This document shows positions 49,202 through 62,526 of a stretch of DNA of 64,000 bases, one piece after another. How positions within the stretch are numbered: the first letter of the stretch is position 1; every line of letters begins with the position of its first letter. The stretch spans positions 1,170,530 through 1,234,529 of the forward strand of contig BCIN01000007.1 of the NCBI GenBank assembly GCA_039545335.1. Direction: 5' to 3'. The translations under genes and the position numbers were made by a program. The DNA is from Kondoa subrosea (Eukaryota). Below the pieces are notes generated by a model, which saw only the letters and a program-made list of their open reading frames with translations, was not told where the DNA came from and ran no database searches.

Positions 49202-52154
49202 CTAGCCTTCAAGTTCGACGTAATTTGAGGGAAACAAGCCTCTAGATCCGTCTTTGGTCGTTGCAGTCCACCATGCTTCATCCTGTTTGGGAATCGATGT
49301 CAGGATCAGAATAGCCAATTCTAAAATCGCGTACCGTGAATTCAACATCGCTGAGACGATCGCCTTCGTTGAAGCTAATCTCGTTGCCTTCATCGGCGAC
49401 GTAGCTATCGAAAGCCGCACATGAGTCAGATCTATGCTGGAGAAATTATAGCTTACTCATATAAAGCGACACAGAAAGGTGGATTTCCCTCGGTCGCAGC
49501 TGCAGGACGAGAAGCCATTGGAGGTGGTGCTGTAACATTACTTAGCTTAGATGCTGCGCCGAGCGTCGAACTCACGAGGTGCAGCAGGAGCCACCACTGC
49601 TTCTTGCTCATGCTCTTCTTCAGCTTCCAGAATCTCACAGTAATTTGCTGGGAACATCCCGCTTCTCATTCCATCTTGACTGACACCTGAAGCCCAGCCT
49701 TCGTCGATCTGCACTACTTGCTCGATGACTTCACCTTCGATCAAACTCATTTCGTTATCTTCCGCTGCTTCGTACTCATACATGACCAGAGCTTTCAGTC
49801 CAGATGCTTTGTTGTTGGATGATAGGCCTGCTGCTGCTGCTTCTGTAGCTTGATCACTGAGTACGATTTCAGCTTCTCGTCCGGGCTACATTCGAAAGCT
49901 TGATTTACCTAGCAAGAGCAAGCTGATCCAAATGTTTCGTCTGCTGCTGAATTTCCTGAAGGACGCGTCAGCTTTGTTAGTACAAATTGTCTACAAGAAC
50001 AACTTACCTGTTCATCTTGCTCTTTCTGCGACTCAGCTTCCTGATCAGCTAGGCTAGCACCTAGAGCTGCACCAGATAGAGCGCCCGCTGCTCCTGCCGC
50101 TGCCATACCAGGCATAGGTGGTGCTGAAAGGAAAAGTCAGGTCGAACTTAGATCAAATGAGTGAGAAACAAGACGTACGTGGTGCTGTCATAGAAGCCTG
50201 CCAAGTGAGTCAGAGTCAACACAACGTAGAATTTACTTACGAGGTGGTGGTGCTGAATCAAAGGGGAGCGTCAATTACGCGTCCGAAGAGAGATACAAGT
50301 ATGCTTACGAGGAGGTGCAGCTACTGAAGGTTCTGCTTGTGCCGCGGGCATTGGAGGTGCTTTAGTTTGAAGTCAGCTTTGTCATACAAACGCCGTGCAG
50401 AAAGCTTACGTGGTGGTGCTGTAGACAAGGAATTGACGTATCGATGAGCTCAAGAATCTCTCAGATTACTACAAACTTACGAGGTGGAGGAGGAGCTACA
50501 CAGGACGATCAGACTCGAAGTAAAACGATAGTAGAGACTTACGAGCAGCTGTTTCCGGTTCGGGCGCCTTCGCAATTGGCATAGCTGGTGCTGGCACGGT
50601 ACTGTAAGCTTTTGCATCTTAAGAGATGTCTCCAACTTACGTGGAGGTGGTGGTGCTATATCTTTCTGGGTCAATTTATCTCTCTCAAACGAATTGCAAA
50701 ACATACGTGGAGCTGTAAGTCCAAGTTCGGAATAAATCAGTGGGATTCTGATATGCCTCGCTCGACTCACGTGCAGCAGCTTCCTCCTCCTCTTCCTGTT
50801 CCGGCTCATCTGTCGGTCCCAAAGGCATAATCACACTAGATTTCTTTGGTGCAGGAGCAGAACTCAATTCTCTTGATTTCTTATCTTCTTCTTCTGCTAA
50901 TCGTTTCGCCTCCGCTTGTCTCTCACTCCAAGTCATCTTATTTCCAGAAGAGCTGACATTTCTAGAAGGAGCAGTAGAGGCTTCTTCCGCTGCCGAGTTA
51001 CCAGCTGGGTTCCATCGATTACCAAGTTTACCTGGTTTGCCCAATGAAACTGGAGTGTAAGAAGTACCAACAGCTTCCGGTCTCTCTCTTTCGCTTGCTT
51101 TGTTTGCAATAGTAGGAGCAGGAGGTTGAACAGGTGTAGCAGAACGTGAAGAGAAAGCTTTAGGTTCCAAAGCATCATGAGGTTTTACAGTTTCAACTGG
51201 TGCTGAAACGACGTTGGTCGATTGACTTGGAGCAGTAACAGCAGAAGGTCGGGTTAAAGAACTAAAAGGAGCTGAAGGAGTTGTCGTGGGAGCTGGAGGT
51301 GTTGGAATAGGACGATTTTGAGCTGCTCGAATTGAAGCTAATTCATTCTTTACTGGTACGTAAGCTGTACCAACAGGTTCTATAGGTTCTTCTTTCTTTG
51401 CTTTAGCTGTTAAAGAAGCTATATCTGGTCGACCAATAGGTACATAAGCTGATCCAACAGGTGCAGGGGCTGAGGTCTTTTTGGTAGGCGCTTCTTTATG
51501 AATCGAGTACCTTGAACCACCTGACTCTTCTAATCGTTTTCGAATAAGATCAGGAGCTACATCGTCTTCCGTTCGTGCTTGAATAGTAACATGAGCTCCA
51601 GTAAAGGTTTTGGCTACTGTAGCTGCATGAGAAGAGAACAATCCTTTCCTAGCATCTGCTACTCCTTCTCCCATCTAATCCAATACCCTCTTATATCAGT
51701 CTTTGTCATTCAACTGGCTCAAAGTGACTTGGACTGACCCAATTAATGAGGACGAACTTGTTCAGGTTGGAACTTGGATCCGTCACTCGAACATAACCAA
51801 ACTGAATCCGAGAGTCTTCAAACTGATCCTCCAATTCATCCAGACCTCCATTACCGGAACTTGACACTTTCAACTCATTTGATGGTGGAAGTGTGAATAT
51901 AGCCCTTTATTGCGCGTGTTAGCTACTAACAACCCCATTCTGATTGGATAGCACACCATGAGATAGTAGGATCTCCAGATACTACAGTAGCAGATCGAGT
52001 GAGTTAGGTTGGCGTTGCGGAAGTCTGAATTCGAGGAATTACGCACCAATAGCTTGATACTTGTCAGCACAAGCTGTACTTATTCGGACAGTGTTCTATT
52101 TGATCTCCTATGAGCTGCTTTATTCAAGTCCTGCAAAGTTTGACTTCGTACCAT
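49202..52154 (-). CDS. ABP1: Actin-binding protein Abp1/drebrin-like: ADF-H domain, Pro-rich linker, two SH3 domains
   Basis: ADF-H (GGLDELEDQFEDSRIQFGYVRVTDP..KFVLINW.GEGV), SH3 YEYEAAEDNE...GMFPANY and SH3 ALY..DEGNEISF...GLFPSNYVEL. Confidence 0.9.
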
Positions 52155-52236
52155 GATGACGGTCGGTGGTCAACACGAGTTTCACGTAAACTCATGCAAA
52201 TGCAAAGACTATAGTACAAAACAGCAGAGATAGAGA

Positions 52237-53828
52237 TCACCATTCTTCCATCTCTTGATCAACCATTTCTCCCCTCGCAACAGAATTCACTAATTCCCTC
52301 CGAATTTCAGGTGTGATAGCAGGGTGTGATTTACTCCTCATCACATCTAGCAAAGCTTCTTTCTGTTCAGGTGTCAGATCACTCTTATACCTGTGCACAT
52401 TCGCAACAATTCTTCTATTAGCAATTATGCTGAAGAGAAGCAGGTCGAAATCGCACCTTTGTGCGAAAACTAAGAAAGCTTGATGCCATAAAACAGGTAA
52501 TTCCCTTGGATCCCTCTTGAATCGAATGAAATGGAAGACCAAAGCATCGACGACTTTGAAAGGTAGAGCGTATTTCTTATCCAGTAACACTCGGATGAAG
52601 AGAGAATTCGGTCCTGCTCAAACTTCTTAGTCTAGATCAAACTTAATGCAGGATGGAAAGCGTACCGGTATAATCCATCTCGGCTAATTTGAGAAGAGCA
52701 GCACCGGAATGTAGTACTGGTATACTAACTTTCGACACAACACTTCCAATTATAGCTGCTTCTCTCAAAGTGCAAGTTCCACTCTAATTCTCAAAGTCTC
52801 AATTTTCCATTCATGCATAAGATAAAATAAAGAAGCTTACTTCACAAAGAGGGAATAAGATACCCTTGAAGAAAGCGCTTGGTTTGTACATTGATTTCTT
52901 CAAAGCCATATAAAGTTGTACGCTCAATTTCTTAGTATCGGCAATCTCTTCCCTAACTCGTTCCAATAAGATTTCTCTATAGAATTTCTGCGATTGTTTA
53001 GGGTCTAGATTGGAAGCAAAGATTTTGGTCGCTGCGTAAGTTGCGTGAGGTGTCCAGTTTTCTGGAGCAGTGAGATCGAGAATATTGAGCCAGGAAGGCA
53101 TAGTAGGGAGTATCTTGAACGCTTTGGGTAGAGGACCAGACTTGTAACGGGATAGCAGTTGACCAACTCTGTCAGAAAATACTGGAGGTTAAGGCATATA
53201 AACGCCTAACATCTCAAGCTGTACTGACTTGGTATATACTTCAACGACTTTGTCATTCAGTGGAGGACCATCCTTCTTTGCTGTTTTCTTTGCTTGTACT
53301 TCTTCGTGCTGAGCGATTTTGCCCATGATCATATCTGCCAGATTAACAGGTTGGTCTGCGCTGTTGGGCATGAAAGCATCCAGAGCCGCTTGATCAGCTT
53401 CATCGATGTCCTATCCTATCATCAGCTTGATTGAAACGACCAGCAGAAGACCAATTCACTAGATCATCAAAGTATTCCACATCCTCAATCTCGTCCTCTT
53501 CACTACCATAATCATCCTCTTCTTCCTCCTCATCCTCATCCATACCAGGTCTGGCAGTAGAAGTAGAAGCCTGCCCTTCTTCAACCATAGGTGGTTGATC
53601 CAATTCTTCCCTTTGCTGATCCCTAGCCATTTTCATGATTCTCGCACTAAGGATAGCATCCGCTTGTGCGTTAGATTGCTCAACATGATTTCTTTTAGTT
53701 GCCCTTTTCCCAGATTTACTACTTGAAGTGGATGGGCCAGATAAAACTGAGTCTTCTTTCAATTGAGAAGCTAGAGGTCCATGAGTTCTAGCTCTCTGAT
53801 GCTTGATCGGTTCTGGTGCTCGTCCCAT
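52237..53828 (-). CDS. ENP1: Bystin, 40S biogenesis factor
   Basis: [66 protein letters not shown]. Confidence 0.95.
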
Positions 53829-53958
53829 CTTGTATCACTAGGGTCTAAATTTTAAGGCGATAGGATATAGTTTCAGGACAAGGAGCAAGATTGAAGAAAA
53901 ATGCAAATGTTGTTCAACAGCTACCAAGATGCCTAATCAGTGAAGGCAATAGTCAGGT

Positions 53959-55207
53959 ATGAGTGTGATTGTGTTGGGCTTGTGGGGCATTGCTTTCCTC
54001 TTCCTCTGTTTCGTACATTTCCACCTAATCTCTTCCGTCATATCTCACTTTGAATCTGAAGCCCCTCTCTGTGCCCTAGATTGCATTCCTTTTATTCTAC
54101 TCTCCTTCACCTAGACAACCTTTCCCAAGCGAAAATCAATACCGTTCAGCTGCTTCTCCTGAACTCTTGCAGGATGTGCATAACCCTCCAGAGGGTGTGT
54201 CTGTTCCTTTTACACTATCTGTCATCTGTTTCTATGCTGATAGTTGAAATATTGAATTGGACAGCATCATGTTCGCTATCTCTCATCATCCCAGCTTGGA
54301 ACGAATCTCTTCGATTACCAAAAATGATGGAAGAAGCTCTTTCGCACCTTGAAGCGAGAAAAGCAACGGGAAAAGGAGAGTATGAAGTATTGGTTATAGA
54401 TGATGGTAGTACGGATAAGACTGCTAGAGTTGCTTTAGCTTTGGCAGAAGCATTGGATGGATCTGGTGGAGAGAATGTTAGAGTTGTTAAATTGGAAGAA
54501 AATAGAGGTAAAGGTGGTGCTGTGACTCATGTGAGTCTATTCTTCTAGGTTACCTGATTCAGCTTACATTTGGGATAGGGAATGAGCTTGGCTCGAGGTG
54601 AAAGAAGTCAGTTTGCGCCTGTCTCGGATGAGATAGAGGCCGACTGCTGCGAATAGTCCTTTTTGCCGATGCAGATGGCGCATCAAAGTTCTCAGATTTG
54701 GATAAGCTGGAAGAAGCTCTAGACAAGATTGTTACTCCATCTGGTTATGGTTTAGCTTTGGGTAGTCGAGCACATCTGGTCTCTACTGCTGCAGTAGTAC
54801 AAGTGTGCTTTCCACCCTCTATTGGTTTTGATTTACTTAGGTTCCGGTTGTAGCGCTCGGCGATACGCAATCTACTCATGAGAAGTTTTCACCTATACCT
54901 TCATATCTTAGTTGGCGATCTTCTCAAAGACACTCAATGTGGATTCAAACTGTTTACTCGCCAATCAGCTCAACTCATCTTCCCACTCATGCATGTCGAA
55001 CGATGGGCATTCGATATCGAAGTCTTGCTTTTAGCGAAATTCGCACGCATACCAATGGTTGAAGTACCGATTTCTTGGATGGAGATAGAAGGGAGTAAGA
55101 TGAGCTTGGTGAGCGATAGTATTGAGATGGCAGCGGATTTGCTGGTTATTAGAGGGAATCATGCTCTCAAAAGATGGAAAACTCCTAAGGTGATCAAGAG
55201 TGCGTAG
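53959..55207 (+). CDS. ALG5: Dolichyl-phosphate beta-glucosyltransferase (GT2)
   Basis: SLIIPAWNE, VIDDGSTDKT, NRGKGGAV, FADADGAS, GSRAHL, DTQCGFKLFTR, WAFDIE. Confidence 0.93.
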
Positions 55208-55515
55208 AAGCACAAGATGTATGTAAGATCTTTCCTGCGCTTCTACTTTTGAAATGAACCTCTATAGACTATTGAGCTGTTAAACGGTGATTGAGCTTGT
55301 GCGGTGTACTTACGGGCAAAGCGATTACACCGCTTCTTGTGTATTGGCTTCAACGCAATCCTTGTATATGCCCTGCTGTCCGGTATCGCGTATATGAGAA
55401 TTTTGCTCGCGTCGGATTGTTGCACGAAGTAATTTGCCCTTGCTTTTGATTACCACATTGCTCTACTTTGCTGCAGCCATGTCGAACGCACAAAAGCAGC
55501 GCAATTCAGAAGAGC

Positions 55516-56664
55516 ATGCCACAGAGTCTGTCCCTTGCTCTGCCGCCCTTCACTTCTCTGTTGACGAATCCCGCGCACAGTTTCATTCTGGAACAGATAG
55601 CAGGTCATGATCGTCTAACCCGACCTCTCTTCTGTGCTATTCAAGGTCCTCAGGGTATTGGCAAATCTTACCTTACCAACGCTCTTCACAAACGTCTGAC
55701 TTCTGAACCGCACAACCTCAAAGTTGCTTTCCTATCTCTGGATGACTTGTATCTACCTCACGAGCAATTGACTGCACTAAAGGAAGCTCACCCTAACAAT
55801 GCTTTGCTTCATGGAAGAGGTCTACCTGGAACGCATGATCTACCTTTAGGTGCTCAAGTTATGAATGCACTCAGACACATTAACAACAAGAAAACGGAAG
55901 GCAAAGTCAAGTTGCCTATCTATGACAAGAGTCAATACTCTGGATTAGGTGACAGAGCGAAAGAAACCAATGATGTGACTGGACCGTTGGATGTAGTCAT
56001 TTTCGAAGGTTAGCCTTTCCCTTCCATAGTTAGTGATGAGGACTTCAGCTAGAGAGGGAACGTAAAGGCTGGATGACTGGATTCTATCCGATACCAGAAG
56101 AAACGCTCAAACAAGCTTACGCTGATCAAAAACCACCTCACACCAGTTCGAAACCTCTTGAACCACCTTTAGGCAAACAATCTTTGCAAGGACCTTTCTT
56201 CACTCAACATTCTCTTGAAGCTTGTTTGCAAGTGAATCAGCTTTTGCAAGGTTATGTAGATCAAATATGGCCTTTTTTGGATTGTTTCGTTCAAATTGGA
56301 CCGGTGGATCAAGGATTCACTTGGGAGTGGAGATTACAGGTTTGTGATCTGTTTCTTTTTACTACTTCAGCTGAAATGAAATGGGGTACGAACAGCAAGA
56401 ACATGCTATGAAAGCCAAGAATGGTGGAATCGGCATGTCGGATGATCAAGTTGAAGCTTTCGTATCAAGGTAGGCCAAGTCTCTGCTATCGCATACTATA
56501 TGCTGAGTATCAGAGCTTCGGTCTACAGGTATATGCCCGCCTATGAAATGTTTGGTGCGGGAGTACAATCAGGTAGTCAAGGCAAACTTCCACCTTGGTC
56601 CTCTGTCGGGCTTCGTATACTTGTAGACAAACAACGAGCTGTAGCAGAAGTATCTAGATTCTGA
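55516..56664 (+). CDS. P-loop kinase, Tda10/D-glycerate 3-kinase-like
   Basis: Walker A GPQGIGKS, SLDDLYL, GRGLPGTHD, PIYDKS..G.GDR, FEGW, WRLQQEH, RYMPAY. Confidence 0.88.
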
Positions 56665-56746
56665 ACAATAGATTTGTTACATCCATGTATTCCGATATTA
56701 TCCCCCTTGTTTCTCTCTCTTTAGCGACCGCTTCAACATTTTCAAA

Positions 56747-57089
56747 ATGCAGTACGCCGAATATTGCTGTGCATGAGAGATGCCTATGCTGAGATGTATG
56801 CTACTAGACCTATCGTCGGTCGGATAAGAAAGAGGTTTCTCGTTAATGTGACTGGATCTTTGGGTCTTGGAACAGCAATGGCTTATGGATGGTGGTCAGT
56901 CTCTCTCGTGTACTTGCTGTCGTAGCATGATCGCTTAGCAGAGGTGACAGGTACGGCTGGCACATGCAGACTAGTAAGGAAACCTCGAGAAAAGCAATAT
57001 TGAACTAACAATCCCTTGCTGCAACAGTCAAACGACAAGACGAGTACTACCTCAAAGCTCATGCTCAACAAGGTGCTGCCGCCCAATAG
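56747..57089 (+). CDS. COX9: Cytochrome c oxidase subunit VIIa (Cox9), 4 exons, not in ORF track
   Basis: Spliced product MQPIVGRIRKRFLVNVTGSLGLGTAMAYGWWYGWHMQTIKRQDEYYLKAHAQQGAAAQ* fits the fungal Cox9 pattern (PI.G..++, TM, WW.G.H, +++.FY). Confidence 0.9.
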
Positions 57090-57243
57090 GTCAATTGATT
57101 GAGGGAAATGATCTTTGTATGCATGTACTTTGGAGGATGGGATTTTGGCAAGGCATCAAATCATTTGGCTATAATGCAATTGCTTTCAGCGCATGTCAAG
57201 CGTCATTGAAAGGGTCAGCTAGAAAGAGCGAGCAAGAGCATGG

Positions 57244-58958
57244 CTATAATGCAATTCCTTCAGCAGATGAAAGTCTGAATGTCCGCGCCCATTCTCCTGA
57301 TGCCAAATACTTGCCATCTGTTTACAACGGATCAGCTCGAGACAACAGATTATTGAGAAATCTCTCACCTTTCGACAGATCCACGGACATGACTTTTCCT
57401 CCTGCTTCACTACTCAAACCTCTCACTAATTGCCAATCGTCTGCACTCCAGAATTTGACCATTCCATCATAACCGGATGTAGCCAAATACATTCCGTTGA
57501 GCGGCGGAACCACCTTTTCTATCTCCTCTTGTCCCTTTTCTTCTTCTTTTCTTGTTCCATCACTCATCTCTACATCTCCATTCACAACGACGGGCACAGG
57601 TTTCTTCTTTTGTTCCAAAGTATAAGGAAACTTGCCATCTTGACTTCTGAAGAAAGTAAGATCCGATACTGTAGCTTTATGTGCGGCGATTGTGTAAATG
57701 CTCTTCAAAGATCTCATATCCCATATCCGAACGGTATCATCGTTCGAAGCAGTAGCGATTTGGTGACCATTAGGAGAGAAATCGACAGCCAACAAATCTT
57801 TCATATGACCATCCAAAACCATTGCTGTTTTCCCACTTCTTAAATCCCAAACTCTACCTATTGCATCTAATCCACCAGAACATAACAAAGCTCCATCGGA
57901 TTGGAAAGCCAAGCAATAAACTTCTTTCGAATGACCTTCTTGCATCAATAGTTCTGAACCGGTTTCTACATCCCATAAACGCCATGTTTCATCAAAAGAA
58001 GCTGATGCTAACGTTCGACCTGAGGGATGGAAAGCTACCCTGCATACTCGGAGGGAATGACCATTGAGAGTTTGAAGAGGATTGATATTGGCTTCTGGTT
58101 CGCCGGAAGAAGGTAATGATGAAGGATCCGAAAGTGAATCCAAAGACCAAAGATTGACACGATTATCTGCTCCACCAGTTGCGAAATTAACGCTGGATTT
58201 AGATTGACTTAGAGTAGCTTCTGGATGCCAAGCTAATCCACCAATACGTTCAACTCCATGACCTTTGAATGCTCCTAAGCATCGACATCCAGGTACATCC
58301 CATATCTTTGCTGTTCCAGACCAAGAACCAGTTGCTAAGTATTGAGAATTCGGTGAAAAGCGAACATTGGAAACCGGTCTTTCGTCTGCTAATTGAGTAC
58401 CAAGAGTGGTGTAGGTCTTGAGTTCCGCAAAGACTGCTTTTCTCGCATCCATGATGCCTCCTAGTGGTATTGTAGCTTCTTTACGTTGTTGCGCTATCCG
58501 TTGTCTTGCTCTACAGATCTGCATAAGAATGGTGTATGAAGCCAGACAGGAGAGAACAGGACTAACCTCTTGAGCGAGTAATCTGCTATCCATTGACGTT
58601 CTTCCAGCAAAGCAGAACCTCCCTCAGTATAGAACTCTTCTTCCTTTTCAGCATCACTTGAGCCCGCTTCTGAATCGCTATCCATACTCTCGTCACTCCC
58701 AGCATCTTTGGATTTCAACCTCGAAATCAAGTCTCTCAAACGATCTCTTCTATCCGCTTGCCGTTCACCAAACAGAGTGATCGGTTGACCCATTTCACGC
58801 AATTTAGACTTGACATCCAAATCCTTTGTAGGCACGACAAGTTTGCGAGCTTTTGTTCTGCGCTCCAATTCATCTAGAAGAGCGGCCGTCTCTGGATGCG
58901 GCTCAGAAGCTCCATTTGCTTCTTCTGCCAATAAATCTTCAAAGTCTACGTCTGACAT
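57244..58958 (-). CDS. PRP4: U4/U6 snRNP WD40 protein Prp4
   Basis: Prp4 domain VPTKDLDVKSKLREMGQPITLFGERQADRRDRL, EEEFYTEG, and WD40 repeats (SASFDETWRLWD, QEGHSKEVY). Confidence 0.95.
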
Positions 58959-59121
58959 GATGAGGCAGACACAAGGGAATAGTCCAGAGAGTCTAAGGTA
59001 GGTATCAGGCAACTACCAGAGCAGGCTACTTCAGGGAAAGGGATGACCGCGAGAGAAAGTGGTTGCTGTTTCTTGAGCAAGCAATTTCTACATTTCGAAC
59101 GGTCACTCGAGGGATCAAAGC

Positions 59122-60751
59122 ATGACTACGCTTGCGGATTGGCCTCCTGTGGATGATGACAGAGAAGAAGAGAGACTGGAAGCTGCTTGCTGTTGGGCTC
59201 TAGGACATGGACTCGCTTTCAAGCCAACTGATTTGTCATTCACTTCTACTATCCATGGTCCCTTCTCACTCTATCCTACTCCTTTCCCAAGAGACTGCTT
59301 TCAACAAGCTCAAGCGATCCAAACGGTCTACAACGAGCTCTACGCGAAGTTAGCCTGTGATGACCAATTCCTGGAACGGGTCGTTGGTGGTGCCGTAGCT
59401 AAAGTGGATGCGTTTCAAGGAGGACTATGGAAAATCTATCAGCAAATCAGAGCAGAAGGTGTAAAACAAGAATTAGCACTCGGACTCTTCAGATCAGATT
59501 ACCTCTTACACGATGTACCTGATCAAGAAGCTCTGTCTATAAAGCAAGTAGAGTTCAATACAATTTCTTCTTCCTTCGGTCCTTTAGCTACAAAAGTTAC
59601 CGACCTGCATCGTTTCCTTACGCGATCTCAACTTTATCCCTCGACGATTTCGGTGGATCAGCAGCCGCCTAATCCAGCTCTGGTCGATTTGACTGCTGGA
59701 ATAGCTGCAGCGCATACAGCTTATGGATCGAAAGAGTAAGTTCTTTTCTCGAAGCCAAAACAGAGGGCTGACAGGTTGGACAGAGCTGTCGTGCTGATGG
59801 TAGTTCAAGAAAATGAGCGCAACATCTTTGATCAGCGTGCAATAGAATGGGAACTTCTGTCTTCGTACGTTTCTCTCTTTCTTCTTTTCGCTTCATCTTG
59901 ACTTGATATCTCTTCCAGCCATAATATCCGCATGATTCGTCGTACTTTCCCTCAACTCTCCTCATCCGCTACTCTTTCCACCTCATCTACCCTCCTAGTT
60001 GATTCCCAAAAAATCTCAGTCGTCTACTATCGAGCAGGCTACACGCCCAATGATTACCCAAGCCAATCAGCCTGGTCCACTCGTCTGCTGATAGAACAAA
60101 GCAAAGCTATCAAATGTCCTTCTGTTGCATTACAGCTTGCGGGGGCAAAGAAAGTTCAACAAGTACTAGCTTCCGAACCTGGTTTACTAGAACAATATGT
60201 AACTACTCAACAAGCGGAAGAATTGAAAAAGACTTTTGTACAAATGTGGCCTATGGATGATTCGGAATTAGGTCAAGAAGCTGAGATTTTAGCTAGAAAG
60301 GAAAGTGAACGATTTGTTTTGAAACCTCAAAGAGAAGGAGGTGGGAATAATTGTTATCGGAAAGATATTCCAATCTTATTGGATGAGATGCTGAAAAGGG
60401 ATGCGCAAAGGAAAGATGGGTCTAAAGAAAAAGAAGGATATATCCTTATGGAATTGATTCGACCGCCTGAAGATGCTCAAAATGTTTTGGTTAAAGCTGG
60501 AACTGGTCAAGGGTTGAAAGGGAAAACGATTAGCGAATTGGGTATTTATGGTGTGGCTTTGTTTAGGAAAGGGAGTGAAGAGGTGGAAATGCTTGAAAAC
60601 AGGCAGACGGGTCATCTGCTTCGGACAAAAGGCAGCGAATCAAGCGAAGGAGGCATCATAGTTGGCATGTCTGGGTGAGCTCTTTCAAATCCATCTGAAA
60701 GTTTAGGTGCTCACCTTCGATAATAGGCTTGATTCAGTTCTGCTTGTATGA
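59122..60751 (+). CDS. GSH2: Glutathione synthetase
   Basis: LGLFRSDY, KQVEFNTISSSFG, ERNIFDQR, VVYYRAGY.P.DY, AIKCP..QLAGAKKVQQ, LKPQREGGGNN, SELGIYG, GHLLRTK. Confidence 0.96.
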
Positions 60752-60915
60752 AGAAATTTATTGTATTCACAAAAGCCTTGCTATACACTCTAATCGCAAT
60801 GCAACACGAGTATCACTACGAGCAAGATTGTGCTGCAGATGTATGGCAAAAAACCCGATGCCCTTGTTCAGGTATACGCGCATCTTGCATTGTATATTAC
60901 ATATACAAGCATCCC

Positions 60916-62101
60916 CTATCTCCAATAAGCACTTCCGCCAAATACATCTTTCACAGAAGTCAAAGCCGAAAATGCATAAGTGAAACCAGCTATCCCCGAA
61001 GCGTATGCCGCATAAATCGCTGAAAATGTCTTCTCAGTATATATATAGGACAGATGAGATGAAAAGAAGTACTGACTGTACTTCCTCTTTGGATGATTGT
61101 GCAAAGCTTGAGGTAATTGAGGGAAACCCATCAAATTGCAAAACACATGGGCGACCAAAGGTGGTAGAATACTACCCGATCTTAAGAATAAGAATGAGGC
61201 GTACCAGCCGAATATTGTTGTATAGAGGAATTGGAAAGCTATACATGAAACTATCAGCTCACAACTAGAAAGGCAGAAAGTGAAGAAGGGGAAAGTACAA
61301 GAAGAAATCAAACCGGTTATCAAAGCATTTCTTGTTCCACCTTGATTATGATAGAGTTCCCAAGCATGATGAACATGAGCGATCCCAAAGTATAGAGGTG
61401 AGAGGAAAGTAAGTTGGTTAAGCGTTTCTTTGCCTGAAAGTGCTGAAGTCGCTATCACTGCTGATCGGAAAACGACTTCTTCGCTCAATGGTCCCTACAT
61501 GCTCCTCTATCATCAAACAGATCTGATGACAGAGAAAGAGACAACGAACGACTATATAATTCCTTATCCCTCCCCATGAAGTAAGTTTCTCCTTTACATC
61601 CCTCTCGAAACTGAAATCGCTTTGTCCGGGTAAAGCTTCATCTAGGTATGTTGTATAAAGTGGTCCGGCGAAAAGAATAGCTGTCAACCCGAGAGGATAG
61701 AGAAGGCCTTTGATGACATTGACAGGTAAAGCGAATCCCAGAATTTTAGCAGTGAAGCGTAATTGCGTTTCCAGCGATGTCTGAGTTGGACTATCAGCTT
61801 GACGACACGGATCATCAAAGCAGATGCTAACCTGTTTGGACAAAGTCGCTTTTCGCACAAGCAGCCAAACACCAATGACCGAAACCAAGCTACTAGCTAA
61901 AACGCCAGTGATTCTAGTCTTGATTACTTGCGGATGATCTCTGGTAAGTCTTTCTCCATGTTCATCAACCTTATTCTTGCCTAGTCGAGTTGCGCGAAAG
62001 ACGTAAAGTGACCCAACATAGCTTGATGTGAAAGCCGCACAAGATGCGATCGCTAGTGGACGAGAAAGAGATTGTGTAATTGGTAGCAGCTCAATATTCA
62101 T
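60916..62101 (-). CDS. RCE1: CAAX prenyl protease 2
   Basis: RNYIV|GPLSEEVVFRS, FGIAHVHH, FQFLYTTIFGWY, HVFCNLMGFP. Confidence 0.93.
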
Positions 62102-62526
62102 GCTGCAATGCTGACAAGGTGCACGGACACAGTGACACAGGATGGGTTTGACAAAAGAGTCAAGCGGACACAAAAGAAAGCAGGGCTCGTCGCGTCCCAG
62201 ATAGACACAGCAGGTACTAGCAAGGTCACTTGAACAAGGCGATCTATGTAGATTGGGTATCGATTGTCGGACACTTGTAAAGATTCATGTTTTCCGAAAT
62301 TTGCATTCTCGACCCTGCACCCTCAACCAAACACTCTACTGCTCTTCTGACAGCTCGATTACGTGTCTAATAAGTCTCCTGTGGCATTAGACTATCGCCG
62401 CATCATTAGAAGCAGCTCGAGCCCATTCTACGTTTCTCAATCTGTAACGACCTTTGAACGTTTTCTCTTGGAATTGCTTGTATACCTGTTAGAATAAGCT
62501 GGCCTTACTCTGCAAATTGAAAGCAA

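Noticed and set aside
18872..60751. Possible sulfur/thiol gene cluster (MET5, GSH2, formaldehyde dehydrogenase)
   Set aside because: The genes are 10-35 kb apart with many unrelated genes between them.
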